Assembly (NCBI GenBank): GCA_951406725.2
Contig: OX597824.1
Location: forward strand, 88,350,001 to 88,414,000
Reading direction: 5' to 3'
Origin: Octopus vulgaris
Taxonomy: Eukaryota
DNA: 64,000 nt
In this document: in pieces, positions 13,601 through 28,100 of the stretch
Numbering within the stretch: position 1 is the first letter of the stretch
How the letters are laid out: every line of letters starts with the position of its first letter
Notes under the pieces: generated by a model
The model's database searches: none
Told to the model about the DNA's origin: nothing
What the model saw: the letters and a program-made list of their open reading frames with translations, nothing else
Position numbers and translations under genes: made by a program

Positions 13601-16600
13601 GTGGAATAAAAAAAAAAATTTTTTAAATAAGGAAGAGGAGGAGGAAATGTAAAGATTTGCTCATTGAAATTGAAAAAAATAGGGCACCTCAAGGTAGTTC
13701 TGGTACCAGTGATTGTAGGAGCACAAGGAAATCATCATCATCATCATCATCTTCGTTTAGCGTCCGCTTTCCATGCTAGCATGGGTTGGACAGTTCGACC
13801 GGGGTCTGGGAAGCCAGAAGGCTGCACCAGGCACAGTCTGATCTGGCAGTGTTTCTCCGGCTGGATGCCCTTCCTAACGCCAACCACTCCGTGAGTGTAG
13901 TGGGTGCTTTTTACGTGCTGGCAAACGGGGCTGGCAAACGGCCACGGTCGGATGGTTTGAGAATAATACTTGGCTTGCCACCTTTGCATGTACTAACTTG
14001 ATGATGATGATAAGAACAACAACAATTGTTTCTGAGTTTTGAGTGGAAGGTCAGTTGGTACCAATGACCCCATATTGGTACTAAGAATAAAAGGTAAAGT
14101 TGGCTTTGGCAAGACTTGAACTCTAAGTGTAAAAGGCTGCCACAAATACCCTAAAGCAATTTTTGATGTTCTAATGATTCTACCAGCTCCCCACATATTA
14201 TATATATTGTGTCTACAGACTCTGGAGGAACTACCATCCAAATATTGCTCAATGGCTCTTTCAAGTAGAAGATGTGATCGTACAAGATAACTAACTCTCA
14301 GAAGCAGAACTACAATCCTTGAATCCAAAAATTCAGACAGAGCAAGTAAGGATGCTGATCACATCAACTAAATTTACTTACGACTACTTCACTATCATCA
14401 TAATTTCCATGCGGGCAGTGTTGGACAATTTGATAGAAATTGGTAAGTCAGAAAACTTCACCCAAATTCAATACCTACTTTGGCATGGTTTCTACAGTTG
14501 GATGCCTTTTCTAATGCCAGCCACTTTACAGAATATACTGGGTGCTTTTTACATGGCACTGGCACAAGTGAGGTCATTGCAAAGTGTTAATTCTTCACAG
14601 TGGTCAAGTGAAAATCGACAAGTTATAATAAAAGTCTAATCTTTGGTTTAGACATCATTATAAAAAAAATGGCAGAAACGTTAGCACGCCGGGTGAAATA
14701 CTTAGCGGTATTTCGTCTGCCTCTATGTTCTGAGTTCAAATTCCACCGATGTCGACTTTGCCTTTCATCCTTTCGGGGTCGATTAAATAAGTACCAGTTA
14801 CGCACTGGGGTCGATATAATTGACTTAATCTGTTTGTCTGTCCTTGTTTGTCCCTTCTATGTTTAGCCCCTTGTGTGTAGTAAAGAAATAGGTATTTCAT
14901 CTGCCGCTACGTTCTGAGTTCAAATTCTGGTGAGGTCGACTTTGCCTTTCATCCTTTCGGGGGTCGATTAAATAAGTGCCAGTTATGCACTGGGGTCGAT
15001 ATAATCGACTTAATCCGTTTGTCTGTCCTTGTTTGTCCCCTTTGTGTGTAGCCCCTTGTAGGCAGTAAAGAAATAAGAAACCCATAAAATTTTGATAGGA
15101 TTTACAAACTCCACAGTTAGGTAGAGAGATCAGAGAATTAAAACAAGAACATCATTAAAAACACTTACTTCTTCATCAAAATCTATTTCATCTTCCTTTT
15201 CCTTTTGGCGAGCAACAAACCTTTCAATCACATTAAACAGTTCCGGAGATATGGCTTTGAAAAACTTATGGAAGTTCCATTTGACAGCTAATGCAGCAAA
15301 AATGTTGTTATTGACTAGAGCTGATCGTAAGTCAGTGAGAACCCCAGGAGAATAACGCTGAGAGTCTTCGTAAAGATGCCGAGTGATCACGTAATCCAAA
15401 ATTGCATCACCTAAAAATTCCAGACTAGTAAAAAAAAAAAAAAAAAAAAAAAAAAATCAAATAAATAAATTCATATTTTGTATTGTTTTATAAATTAAAA
15501 ATCACAAGTCGTTCATAATCATTATCATCATCAACATCTGGACATTAGCATCTCAAGTCTTAGGATTCATAGTGCTAGTGCATGCATATACAGCTGCGTG
15601 TGCGCGCACATACACGCGAGTACTGTCCAAATCTCCGACCAATCACATACAGCTAGCTGGCATTCAATTGGCGTATCAAGTTTCGGGCATTTTGATTGGG
15701 TTTTGGATAGAAAATTCACAAAAAAGTCACTTCTATTGATTTTTTTAATGGCTTTACGGGGTGACTGGGGAAATGTAAAGATGTGCACGACCACCCTTGG
15801 ATGGTCTTGAATGACCATAGAAAGTGCGAGCCTTCTAACTGAAAAATTGTGGATTTGTATAAAGGACACAAACAGATATTTTGCTGTTTATATATAGAGA
15901 CATTACCTGGTTTCCATCACAGAATTACTCGTTTAAAGCTGAGTGGACTGGGACCACATGAAATGAAGTGTCTTGCTCAAGAACTCAATGTACCACCTAG
16001 TCTGGGAATCAAACACGTGGTCATACGAGCATAAGTACAACACCTAAACCATTAAGCCATGTGCCTTCACCAGTTATTGGCTATGATCAATAATTATCAT
16101 TCAAAAAGACAACTGTCCAATGCAATATACAGGTTGTTTAGGCTAATTGATGATATTCTCAGAATAGCTTGATGCATTGGTGAATAGTCAATGGCCTTCA
16201 TCATCATCATCGTTTAACGTCCGTTTTCCATGCTAGCATGGGTTGGATGGTTCGACCAGGGTCTGGAAACCCAGGAGGCTGCACCAGGCTCCAGTCTGAT
16301 CTGGCAGTGTTTCTACAGTTGGATGCCCTTCCTAATGCCAACCACTCCGTGAGTGTAATGGATGCTTTTTACGTGCCACCGGCCCAGGTGCCAGGCGAGG
16401 CTGGCAACATCCACGATCGGCTGGTGCATTTTATGTGCCACCAGCACGGAAGCCAGTCAAGGCGGCGCTGGCATCGGCCACGTTTGGATGGTGCTTTTAT
16501 GTGCCACTGGCACAGGTATCACAACCATAATTTCCATTTGATTTTTTTGATGTTGGTGTACTTGACTCAATAGGTCTCCTCAAGCACAGCAGGTTGCCCT

Positions 16601-17985
16601 ACGATCCAAGGTAAGCTCTGCAGGCCATCCTGCGATCCAAAGCACTTTGGATGGGCTGGGGCTTATAAAATTTAAGATGTAGTTGAGAAAAAGTTAGCTA
16701 ACATGGAAAACTGGAAGCCAGCTGAATATTGGAAAAGAGTTACCTGTGTCTTGATTTGTGCCAGGTATCAAAATGCTGACATCATGACTGCTACCTTGAA
16801 CATAGTAGTAGCCTTCGTCCCCTCTCTAAAGTTATGAATAATAAACTTCTAAAAAACATCAACATGACATGGATGTATGGTAAGTAGGTGGCAAGCTGGC
16901 AGAAATGTTAGCACTCTGGGCGAAATGCTTTGCAGTATTTCATCTGCCGTTACGTTCAGAGTTCAAATTCCGCCGAGGTTGACTTTGCCTTTCATCCTTT
17001 CGGGGTCGATAAATTATGTACCAGTTACGCACTGGGGTCTATGTAATCGACTTAATCCCTTAGTCTGTCCTTGTTTGTCCCCTCTATGTTTAGCCCCTTG
17101 TGGGCAATAAAGAAATAAGAAGTTTGCTTCTCAGTCACATGGTTCTGGGTTCAGTCCCACAGCATGGTACCTTGGGCAAGTGTCTTCTACCATAGCCTCA
17201 GCCCAACTGAATTCTTGCGAGTGGATTTGATAGATGGAAACTGAAAGAAGCCCATCATATATATACAGGTGTGTGTATGTGTCGTTTGTCCTCCACTACC
17301 ACCTGACAACTGGCGCTGGTGTATTTACATGCCAAAGAGTTCAGAAAAAGGGACTGATAAAAAAGTACCAGTCTTTAGAATGAAAAAATAAGGACTGGGG
17401 GTCAATCGATTTGATTAAATATTTTTCAGCGGGGTGCCCCAACATGGCAGCTGTCAAATGACTGATCAAGATAAAAGATGAAAAAATCTTATCAGTAAAG
17501 AGTAAGTTTTATCTGTGAACTTTGATTTTCCTCAAGAAATAAATCGTATATCAATAAAAATGAAACACGAAAGCAATAAGAACTAATATTAGTAGCTTTG
17601 TTAGTTTTTCAGAGATAAAAATCCATTAGCAATAGTTACAGTACTGGAAATTTTAACTAATCATAATTTGATAAATATGTTGTTTTTTTTTGTGTAACTT
17701 CAAAGTCAATGACTCAAATACAAGTAATAGTAATTAAAAAAAATAAGAAGAAGAAACTAGTTACTGAGGAAGATTACAAAGACATACCATACACAGGAGG
17801 GAAAAAAAACAATAATTAAATTCTTCTTTATTTACATTCAACAGATATTTGTCCTCATCTTGTTTGTTGTTAACACAATGTTTCAGCTGATATACCCTCC
17901 AGCCTTCATCAGGTGTCTTGGGAAAATTTCGAACTTGGGTTCTCATTCCTAAGGTATTTTTCAATGTTATTCATCATCATCATCA

Positions 17986-18029
<44 letters not shown>

Positions 18030-18407
18030 TGTTGTTATTGTTCAGGTCACTGCTTGGAATCGAACTCGGAATCTTGTGGTTAGTAGCCCGCGCTCTTAAC
18101 CACTACGCCATATGCCCGAGCATATGGCATAGTGGTTAATACCGCAGGCTACTAACTCCAAGATTCCAAGTTCGATTCCAAGCAGTGACCTAAACAACAA
18201 CAACAACAACAGCAGCAGCAGCGTCGTCGTCGTCATCATCATCATAATCGTCGAAAAATACTTTAGGAATGAGAACCCAGATTTGAAATTTCCCCAAGAT
18301 GCGCATTTTTTTCTCCAAAAACATCACCTTGCAGAGTTGTGCTTATATTACATGCCTTAATACACAAACAACTTTTTTATGTGGAGATGCACTGCTGAAA
18401 TTGAGGC

Positions 18408-18452
<45 letters not shown>

Positions 18453-19101
18453 GTAAAAAACAATTAAGATTCAAGTGATTTCCAATGAATTCACATGAAT
18501 GCGGTACTTAACTTAGATGCACCAGAAATCTTTATGGTATTAACCATAAAATAATGTGGGGTGATTATAAACAAGAAAAAAGCAACAAGAATGGATTAGT
18601 TGTTCAGTACAATTGTTTCATACAAAGAACAGCTTTATTAAAAGCTGCAAATATTGCAGCAAATATAAGTGTCCCGTATTCATTAGCCAAAACACCTATG
18701 AGTTTTCCAAACATCCTAGGAGTAAGCCTACACTCATGAAGTATTGAAGAGAGTTATATAAAGCAAAGTTAGATTGTAAGCAGACTTCAAAAGTTCTCTA
18801 ATGATGCACAGTTTTATAAAAACCTTTTATAAAACTGTGCATCATTAGAGAACTTTTGAAAACTGTGCATCATTAGAGAACTTTTGAAGTCTGCTTACAA
18901 TCTAACTTTGCTTTATATAACTCTCTTCGATACTTCATGAGTGTAGCCTCACCCCCTAGGATGTTTGGAAAACTCATATGTGTTTTGGCTAATGAATACG
19001 GGACACTTATATTTGCTGCAATATTTGCAGCTTTTAATAAATCTGTTCTTCATATGAAACAATTGAACTGAACAACTAATCCATTCTTGTTGCTTTTTTC
19101 T

Positions 19102-19136
<35 letters not shown>

Positions 19137-22100
19137 AAGTGTTTTTATACCATTAAATACAGTAATATAAAGGAAATACCAACAATTGTAATTCCTAAAA
19201 TTATTTCAAGAAAAAATTTAGTTTATAAAATAGTAAAACATACCGCTGGTAGCAGTCAGTCACTGTGTTATAATGATATGATGCATGTGTGAAAGCTTGT
19301 AGGAGATAAGATCGGTCAGAGAATTTGTAGCCAATCTCTTTCTCGAAAGTTTCATAGCCATCAAGTAAGCGTTCAAGAACTTCTTCAGCATTAATTGTAT
19401 GAGTGAGGAGTGGTGAGAGAGGAGTTTCCAGCTCATCCAGTTGGTGTTCAGTGATATTCTAAAGGAACAAAAATTAACCAATTAACTTAAGACAAGAAAA
19501 TGTTTAAACATGTTTATGAAAAAAATATCGAAGAACATAATTAAACAATCATAAAATTAATGATATAAATATTAATAGAAATGTATCTGTAATTATTACA
19601 TATTTTTAATGATGTGTTGTCATCAAATCTCTCTATATATAAAGCTGAAGTTGTCTGTGTATGGCAGGTTTGGTAGCCTTCAACTAACACTATCCCCTCT
19701 GAGACCCAGCGGCGCAAGTTGACCAAAATTGAGAGTATGATAGAAGAAGGCTTGCTCTTCATTCCGTAGAAGAAAAAATTCAAATCAGACCATGTTAACA
19801 GCAAAAATTATTTACATCAAAAAGCTGCTTTTTTTTCTATGAAAATCCCTACTTTTTACCATTTTTTTACTGCTGTGTTGCCATTTTTCGGTGTATTTCA
19901 ACCAGAAAAATGTTCACTTAAAGAAATTAACAAGCTACATAATGCAAATTTTTTACTTTTCAAAAATTCCAATTCTAAATGGTCGAAACAAACCCGAGCA
20001 ACGCCGGGCGATACTGTTAGTTTGAAATAAAATTTAAATGAAATAAAGACATTATTGAGTTTGGGACTTTTACACTAAATATATAATTATGTACTTCAAA
20101 CACATGGAATCCCCTAATGCAGTGCTACTGAAAGTGGTGGTCTACAAGCCATCAGCTGCTGGTAGGTGGTGAGTTTCCAGAAAAGAAAGAAACATTATAA
20201 GATGCTTTTGTAATATTCTCTTTTACTTGTTTCAGTCATTTGACTGGGGCCATGCTGGAGCACCACCTTTAGTCGAGCAAATCGACCCCAGGACTTATTC
20301 TTTGTAAGCCTAGTACTTATTCTATTGGTCTCTTTCGCCAAACCGCTAAGTTATGGGGACGTAAACACACCAGCATCGATTGTCAACTGATGTTGGGGAG
20401 ACAAACACAGACTCTCAAACATATATACACATATATATATATATATACATACATATATACGACGGGCTTCTTTCAGTTTCCATCTACCAAATCCATTCAC
20501 AAGGCTTTGGTCGGCCTGAGACTATAGTAGCAGACAATTGTCCAAGGTGCCACGCAGTGGGAATGAACCCAGAACCATGTGGTTGGTAAGCAAGCTACTT
20601 ACCACACAGCCACTCCTGCGCCTATATTGTATTATTTGCTTACAAAATAAATACAAGATTAAAAAGTTGTCAACTTTTATTATATTCATCATATATATTG
20701 TTTCCGGTAAAAATTAATATTACTAATAGATATTACCGGTCCCTGGCACATAGAAAAAAAAAAAAAAACTGCCAGTACACCACATCAGAAAGTTTGAGAA
20801 GCGCTGATCTGATGGACAGTTAGTACAAGGGAGATAATCGTTTCTTCATTATATTTGGTGGGATTAAAGGTTTAGATTTGAAATTATGGGACAAGGAGGA
20901 AGCTGCACAGAATATATATTTAATTTTTTTATGCTTACTTATTGCAAAGTTCTTAGGTAATCATGCAGAGCACTCTCAAAAAAGTATAGCTGAATAATTA
21001 ATAATATTATTATTATGGAACATCAAATTTTACAAAAACATGGATAAAAAAATAACCTAAAGAGAAAATGATAGCAATATAATCTTTAACAGGTGTTTTT
21101 TGTTGAGACTAAAGGTATGGCTTGAAATTACATTTTTTTTAAATAGTGAAACAATTATAAATTGTTTTAAATTTTAAATTTGAAGTCAAATTCTGCTAAT
21201 ACCTATTTCTTTATTACCCACAAAGGTCTAAACGTAGAGGGGACAAACAAGGACAGACATAGGTATTAAGTCGATTACATCGACCCCAGTGCGTAACTGG
21301 TACTTAATTTATTGACCCCGAAAGGATGAAAGGCAAAGTCGACCTCGGCGGAATTTGAACTTACAACGTAACAGCAGCCAAAATACCTATTTCTTTACTA
21401 CCCACAAGGGGCTAAACACAGAGGGGACAAACAAGGACAGACAAACGGATTAAGTCGATTATATCGACCCCAGTGCATCACTGGTACTTAATTTATCGAC
21501 CCCGAAAGGATGAAAGGCAAAGTCGACCTCGGCGGAATTTGAACTCAGAACGTAACGGCAGCCGAAATACCGCTAAGCATTTCGCCCGGCGTGCTAACGA
21601 TTCTGTCAGCTCGCCGCCTTAAATTCTGCCAATACCAAATTTTGAATCATTAAAAGTGAAAGATGTTTATACATACTTCATCATATTGCTCCTGCAAAAT
21701 GTGCTTTTGAGGAAGCACTTTTAGTCCGAGCCATGACATGAAAAGAAGAGCAGCTCTTTTCCCACAGCAAGTCAGATAGCAACCAATAAGGGCTTCAACA
21801 CAGTCTGCTACACTTTTGTCTGGAATGCTATGAATCGTTTGCAAGCTATATGGAACAAGCGGCTTTTCATTTGTAGAACTACCACAACCACTGACACCAT
21901 CTTGTTCTTGTGACTGTTTTAATTCTTCCAGTTCTTGGTTGAATTTCCATTGCTCTAAATTTGCTTTTCGTACATGACTTGGAATTTTGTCGTTTTCAAT
22001 GAAGTTCATCATGCCGTTGTTTAAATTCGCCGATAATTTTTCATTGTCAAAAGACGACGATAGAATTTCTTCTTCGACCGATTCACTTCCACACTGATTC

Positions 22101-25100
22101 GCAGGTGAACAGGGGTCCTGCTTGTTGCTGCTTGAAGAAATGTGAACTTTGTGTACGGGGCCACGCCTACGGTCTTCATTAATAACATAACCAGGTGGGA
22201 GCCAATTCTCGTAAGGTTCAAATTTAGCCGAAACCATTCTCTCAGGAAGACCCTTCTTACGACCAAGACGATATAAATTATAATTGCTTACTTGTTTACT
22301 CCGCAGATAGCTTAACTTTCCTTCGTGGATACCTGGGTATTGACAGTAAAGGTAAACAGTGATAGCATACTTAAGAAAGGAATCGCCAATGGTTTCTAAT
22401 CTCTCAAGGCTGAAAAAATCATTTGCATTTGACATGGTAAGCGCCTGCAAAATAATGCATGGACTTGGACCAATGTAACAACTCAGTTCAATATCGGTGT
22501 CTAACAAGAGAGGTGGTGTGTTTGAAGACTGAGCAAGTTTTTCCTGAGCCTCAGCATAGCTGTAAACAAGGTTTGCATTGGTTGTGTCATCACATTGGCC
22601 ATAGTCAGATATTTTAGACATATCTACTACTGCTGACTGGCCACTGAATGTTGTTATATTTTGAAAGACATCGGAGTCGGAATTGTGTCTTGTATTATCA
22701 CAGATGGCGTTATCATGAGAGGACAAAGGAGTGGTGCATTGGTTTGTGTTAGAGGGGGGTACTTTTGCATCAATGGGGGAATTGCTTTGAATGACATTGA
22801 TATTGTTGTTGTTATTATTATTATTATCATCATTATTATTATGTATGACTATGGGTGGTGAAACAGCTTCAACATCTCGTTGGTCTCTATCACGTAAAGG
22901 TGCCGGAGCAGAGGTGTCTTGTACGGCTACCTCTGGTTGGTCAGTAGAGTCCTGAAGGTGGGAAGCAGTTTGCTCCGTCTGACATGGAGTGATCTCTGAA
23001 TCTGAGGATGCTTTGTCATCATCTGTCGGTGAAGAAGTAGACTGAGTACAATTAAATACAGACTGATTTGATGAATTAGAATGATTACACACTTGCTCAG
23101 GTAGCACTGATAATGAATGGGAAGCGGGTGTTGGTAATTGATGACTAGATGAAGAAACAGAGTCTGGAGATGTTGTTGATAAAGTTTTCTCCTGGGGAGG
23201 ATTAAATGTTGTGGCAGTGGAATTAGAGTGTAGAGCAACACTATCTTTTGGATTGCTAGCTGTATATGAATTACATTGTTGGTCTTTATTCGAAGAGAAA
23301 GTGGTGGTGGATGTACAAGTCTTTAAATTTTCCTCATTTCCTTTTGAGTTACTGCAAAGTTTTTCTTCCACATCTTTTACGGAATCCGTGTTGCTATTGG
23401 GGATGGTTATGTTTGAAGAATGAAGACGAGCATTATTAAAATTATTTTTCAATTCTTTACAAGTTTCTACAATTGGAGAATAACCTGCTTGGTTATTAGA
23501 ATTCTGCACAGAGGTTTTACACACAGGATCTTTTTTGGGACTAAAAGTAGGAGATATGCTTTTCAATTCACTTTTATCACAGTTGCCGTTAGAAAGCTTG
23601 TCAGTATTGTCTTTAAGATGGTCTTCTGAATCTGTGATTTCTACAATTTTTGTAGTAGAACTCACCGTTTCAGATTTCGTTGACTTTGTCTGATAAAAGT
23701 CATCTATTTGGCTAAACGTCATTGAAGCTTTCTTTTCTTTTCGAATTTGCTTATCCATTTGATGGAAAGCGTTTCCTTCAGGATAGCTTCTGTTATCACA
23801 AATCAAACGAATATCAAGAGATTCTAGATCTTTCTTTAGAGTGTCATTCTGAAATTTAACATTAGAGGGAACTTCACTGGTTTCTTTAAAAGAATCAAGA
23901 CTGTCTTTGGGATTCAAATCCTTTGCAATATCGAAAGTTATCTTAAAATCCATTTTACTGCCATTGGGAATTCGACCAGAATTTTGCAGGTTAGTAAAAG
24001 GAGATTTTGAGAAAGACTTATTATTCTTTTCCTCTTTCAGTTTCTCCTCTTTAATGTTATCATTTGACCACTGGGCATCTTTTTCATGCTTTTTCTTATT
24101 TGTAAATTGTTGAGGTTGAAATTTCCTTTCTTCGCTGTTGTTCACAGAGCAGGATTTAAAATTGTTAAATTCTGAATGGTTATAACTTCTGCTAGAAGAG
24201 GTACTAACGGAATCTTCTCTCCGCTCATAATTGTTCTTTCCTGCTGCAGCGTTAAGGGCCTCTTGAATTCTATTAGAATCCTTCAAAGGTCTGTTGCAGT
24301 CATCTTTATTGCAGTTTTTATGTAGAGATTCTGTTGAACTGCTCTTTATAAAAGGCTTTTTATAGTTTAATTTCTTGCACTCAACATTATTTACCAATTC
24401 TCTTACTGGCATTTCTTTGATATCTTTCTGATTTTCTGAATCATTTTTTATTAATTCATTGTTTTCTTTAACTTCTTTAAATACAAGCTTGTTGCTATAA
24501 CTTGCGGCAGTCTTTGACAAAGAAGTGCAGGTTCCGTTTTCCTTGGCTTTTGTAACCTTCATCTCACTTTCAGTTTTATTATCAATAATCTTTTCTGGGT
24601 TGGTTTCAAAACCAAAATCAAGTTTAGGAAAGTGAAAGCCTTTGGGAATTTCAATAACACCAATTTTGGTTCCTTGGGCAACTTTGACACGAATCTCTTC
24701 AGCAATCAAAAGATAGTTTATTCTGTAAAGAATAGCAGGAAGACACACGGCTTTACGCCACAGAGAAGCAGGGAAGATATGAACCACACACAATTCTGGA
24801 ATCAAGATTTGTTTTTGCTGTAAGTTTTCTCGACGGGCCTTCTTCGTTTCTGCGCTGCTGGTTGGCAAAGCGATGCCTTTTTGATTCATGTAACGTGGAG
24901 TTAATAAATTCAGACGAGCAGAAGTATGGTCGACATCCAATAAAGGTTGTTCCAAATTAGTGATATGAAGACCGTATTTTTTAGAGTAATACTCATTAAA
25001 TGTCCTGTAAAGCTCAGGAGAAGGAAACGGGCTGTTTGGATTCAGGTCGTATTTGATCTCAGCAACATAGAAATGCTGTGGTTGGTCCATGTTGCGATAT

Positions 25101-28100
25101 GAAGGCATCACAACTGCATCTTCGAAGTCTTCAGTGCAAAACTTAAATTTCTCTCTTTTTGAATCATAAATATCGGGATGATTTCTGCTGAAGGAAAACT
25201 GGACTTCATTCACAAAATTCCAGTTAATATGATGTCCACTGTCATCTGTATACAACATAAAAGTACATAAGCATGTAGAAAAAAATATATATTTTCATTC
25301 AACTGATCTTGTTTTAATTAAATTTCAAAAGAAACAATGATGTATATATTTAACCCTTTAGCATTTACACCGGCCATATCCGGCCAAACGTATTCTGCTT
25401 GTTTTATGTTCAAACTGGCCAGATCTGGTCTCTCACACCAACCCTACAATATCGTTTTAAAAATTAACAGCTACCTCATCAAAATCTCATAGCTACAAGA
25501 TAATGCCTGATTAGTTCAAGACAATGTGGATTAAAAAGCATTAATTTTGGTAGAATAATGCGAACACTAAAGGGTTAAGCATTGCATCTCTAAATCAAAG
25601 AAGCTGAATATAAAATTTTATAATATCCACTAATTTTAGGTGAATAGATGCTCAGCCCACTTACACAAAGAAAATTTCCATTATATTTATCTTTAACCAT
25701 TTTTGTTACTACATAAGTAGATGTCTGAAGCAGTGAAGAAAAGCATACAAGCTTTGAAAGACATTTGAACTTGTAAAGGCTTGTCACTGCAGTTTGTCTG
25801 GAGTCAAACTGCAGTGACAAACCCTCACAGGTTCAAATATCACTCAAACATATTCGAACTGGTGACAAGTATACTTGAACTGGTGTTAAGTTTATATAGT
25901 TTTGCATTTTCATTTGCTAATCTTGTTTCGAATTCTAAATGTACAAGATCTTGGCACAGACAGTACTGAGACATGATCCAAACACAACCGTCTAATCTGA
26001 AATCAATTACTATTCAACAGCAATTTGGATAAATTCTAATAATTAATATCTTCTGAAATAAAACATTTTAGATGGTAATTTAATTTCTCATTTAAAGCTT
26101 CGTTAAAAGTCAGCTCTAAATTTATTCTAAATCCAATCAGAGATTTTATAACCTCGCTACTAACAATTAGAACACATACATATATACATCACCGTGATCA
26201 CCGTGACTGACCAGGCTATCAGATGTTGCTACACATCGCTGGTCACAATGTGCTTCACATTGTTTTAGCCTTCAAATGATGCCACCTCGCTGGCTAAGCG
26301 AGCAGGCCAACAGAAGAAAGAGTGAGAGGAAGTTGTGGCAAAAGAGTACAGCATGGATCGCCACCACCCCCTGCTGGAGCCTTGTGGAACTTTAGGTGTT
26401 TTCTTTCGCTCAATAAACACTCACAACGCCTGGTCTGGGAACCGAAACCGCGATCCTACAACCGTGAGTCCACTGCCCTAACCACTGGGCCATTGCGCCT
26501 CCACACATATATACATATACACACATATATACATATGCACACATATATACATATACACTCACACACATGCATACATACATACATACGCATACAGAAAGGA
26601 GACATAGTGTGAAATGTAACGCATGTAAGTTTTCTTAGAATGAAAGTGAAACCTCACATAACTACAACTGCTTCTTATTTTCCAGTTCAAACGAAATAAG
26701 ATAGTCACAAAAGAAAAATACAAACCTTCTATCAAAGGTACTATAAGATAACCCACTTTTGCTTCGTCAGGCATAAAGTCAATAGGATCCTTCTCTAGTC
26801 GAAGTACTGTGCTGAACACAAACCGATGAAAAATTGTCAGCTTATTCAGTTGACTTTCATTTATTGATACATTTGACTCAACCATATCAAGAGATACAGT
26901 TACCTCTCCAGAACGAGTATATACTGGAAAACATGGAACCTGTTGAGAGAGAAATTGTCCCAAAATTATTCATACAGATTTATGATTGATTTCAAATGTT
27001 GGCATAACCCAGCAATTTATGGGGGATGGGTAAGCTGATTACATCGACCTAAGTGCTCCACTGGTACTTATTTTATCAACCCTGAAAGGATGAAAGGTAA
27101 AGTCGACCAGGGCGGAATTTGAACTCAGAACATCAAGACAGATGAAGTGCTACAAAGCATTTAAAAATGTGTTTTGGTACTTCAGATTTTGATAAAAAAA
27201 TAATAATGAAATTATTGTATACAGTGCTCAGGTGCACCACAACTTGTCAAAAGTGCATATAAAGCATATGCAGTAATGTACAAATGTCTGGGAAGTGAAC
27301 AGTGTATGAGTCAGATACATGCTTGCGTGTGTATGGAGGGGAGAGAAAATCAGGTGTAGTGTTGGCGAATCTCAGGAAGCATGGAAGTTTTGAAGGATGT
27401 AGAGCTCCGACAACTAACAACTGATGCCGGCAGTTTGATCCATGCTTCAGCAACTCTTAGCGTGAAAAAATGTTTCTGAAAGTCATGGGAGCTGTGCTGT
27501 TTAGACCCAATTCTAGTTATGTATTCACACCACTAAAGAAAAATATGACTTTACTTCGTTTCTAGCAGCTTTAGGTTTTCAGCTAACACACTTATCAATA
27601 AGAGAAATGGAGATATTGCATTTATTAACGGAGCATTTTTCTATTTACTGCTCTTCATTCTGGAGGAAAACGACTTTATTTTTTACAATGAGGTTCAAGG
27701 TTTGTCAGTGCTGCCTGACTAGATTCCATACTGATGGCATCTAAAAGCACTCACTACACTCTTGGAGTGGTTGGCATAAGGAAGGGCATCCAACTGTAGA
27801 AACCATGCCAAATCAGATTGGAGCCTGGTGCAGCCTCATGGCTGATCAAACTGTCCAACCCATGCTGGTATGGAAAGCGGATGTTAAATGATGATGATGA
27901 TAAGTACTAGAGTCAATGTAATCAACTAACTCCTCCCCACCAAAATTACAGGCCTTGTGCTTATAGTAGAAAGGATTGTTATTGTAATTATTATTAGCGC
28001 TGCCTTGACTGGCTTCTGTGCCGGTGGTACGTAAAATGCACCAATCCGATCATGGCCGTTGCCAGCCTTGCCTGGCACCTGTGCAGGTGGCACGTAAAAA

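Noticed and set aside
18045-18118. Possible tRNA gene (also at 41185 and 51715)
   Set aside because: A and B boxes are present, but there is no proper acceptor stem and each continues into a repeat body; these are SINE heads.
20780-20902. Exon-like segment with a cag acceptor in Dicer intron 12
   Set aside because: Stops occur in all three minus-strand frames, and exons 12 and 13 join in phase without it; a poison exon cannot be supported without RNA data.
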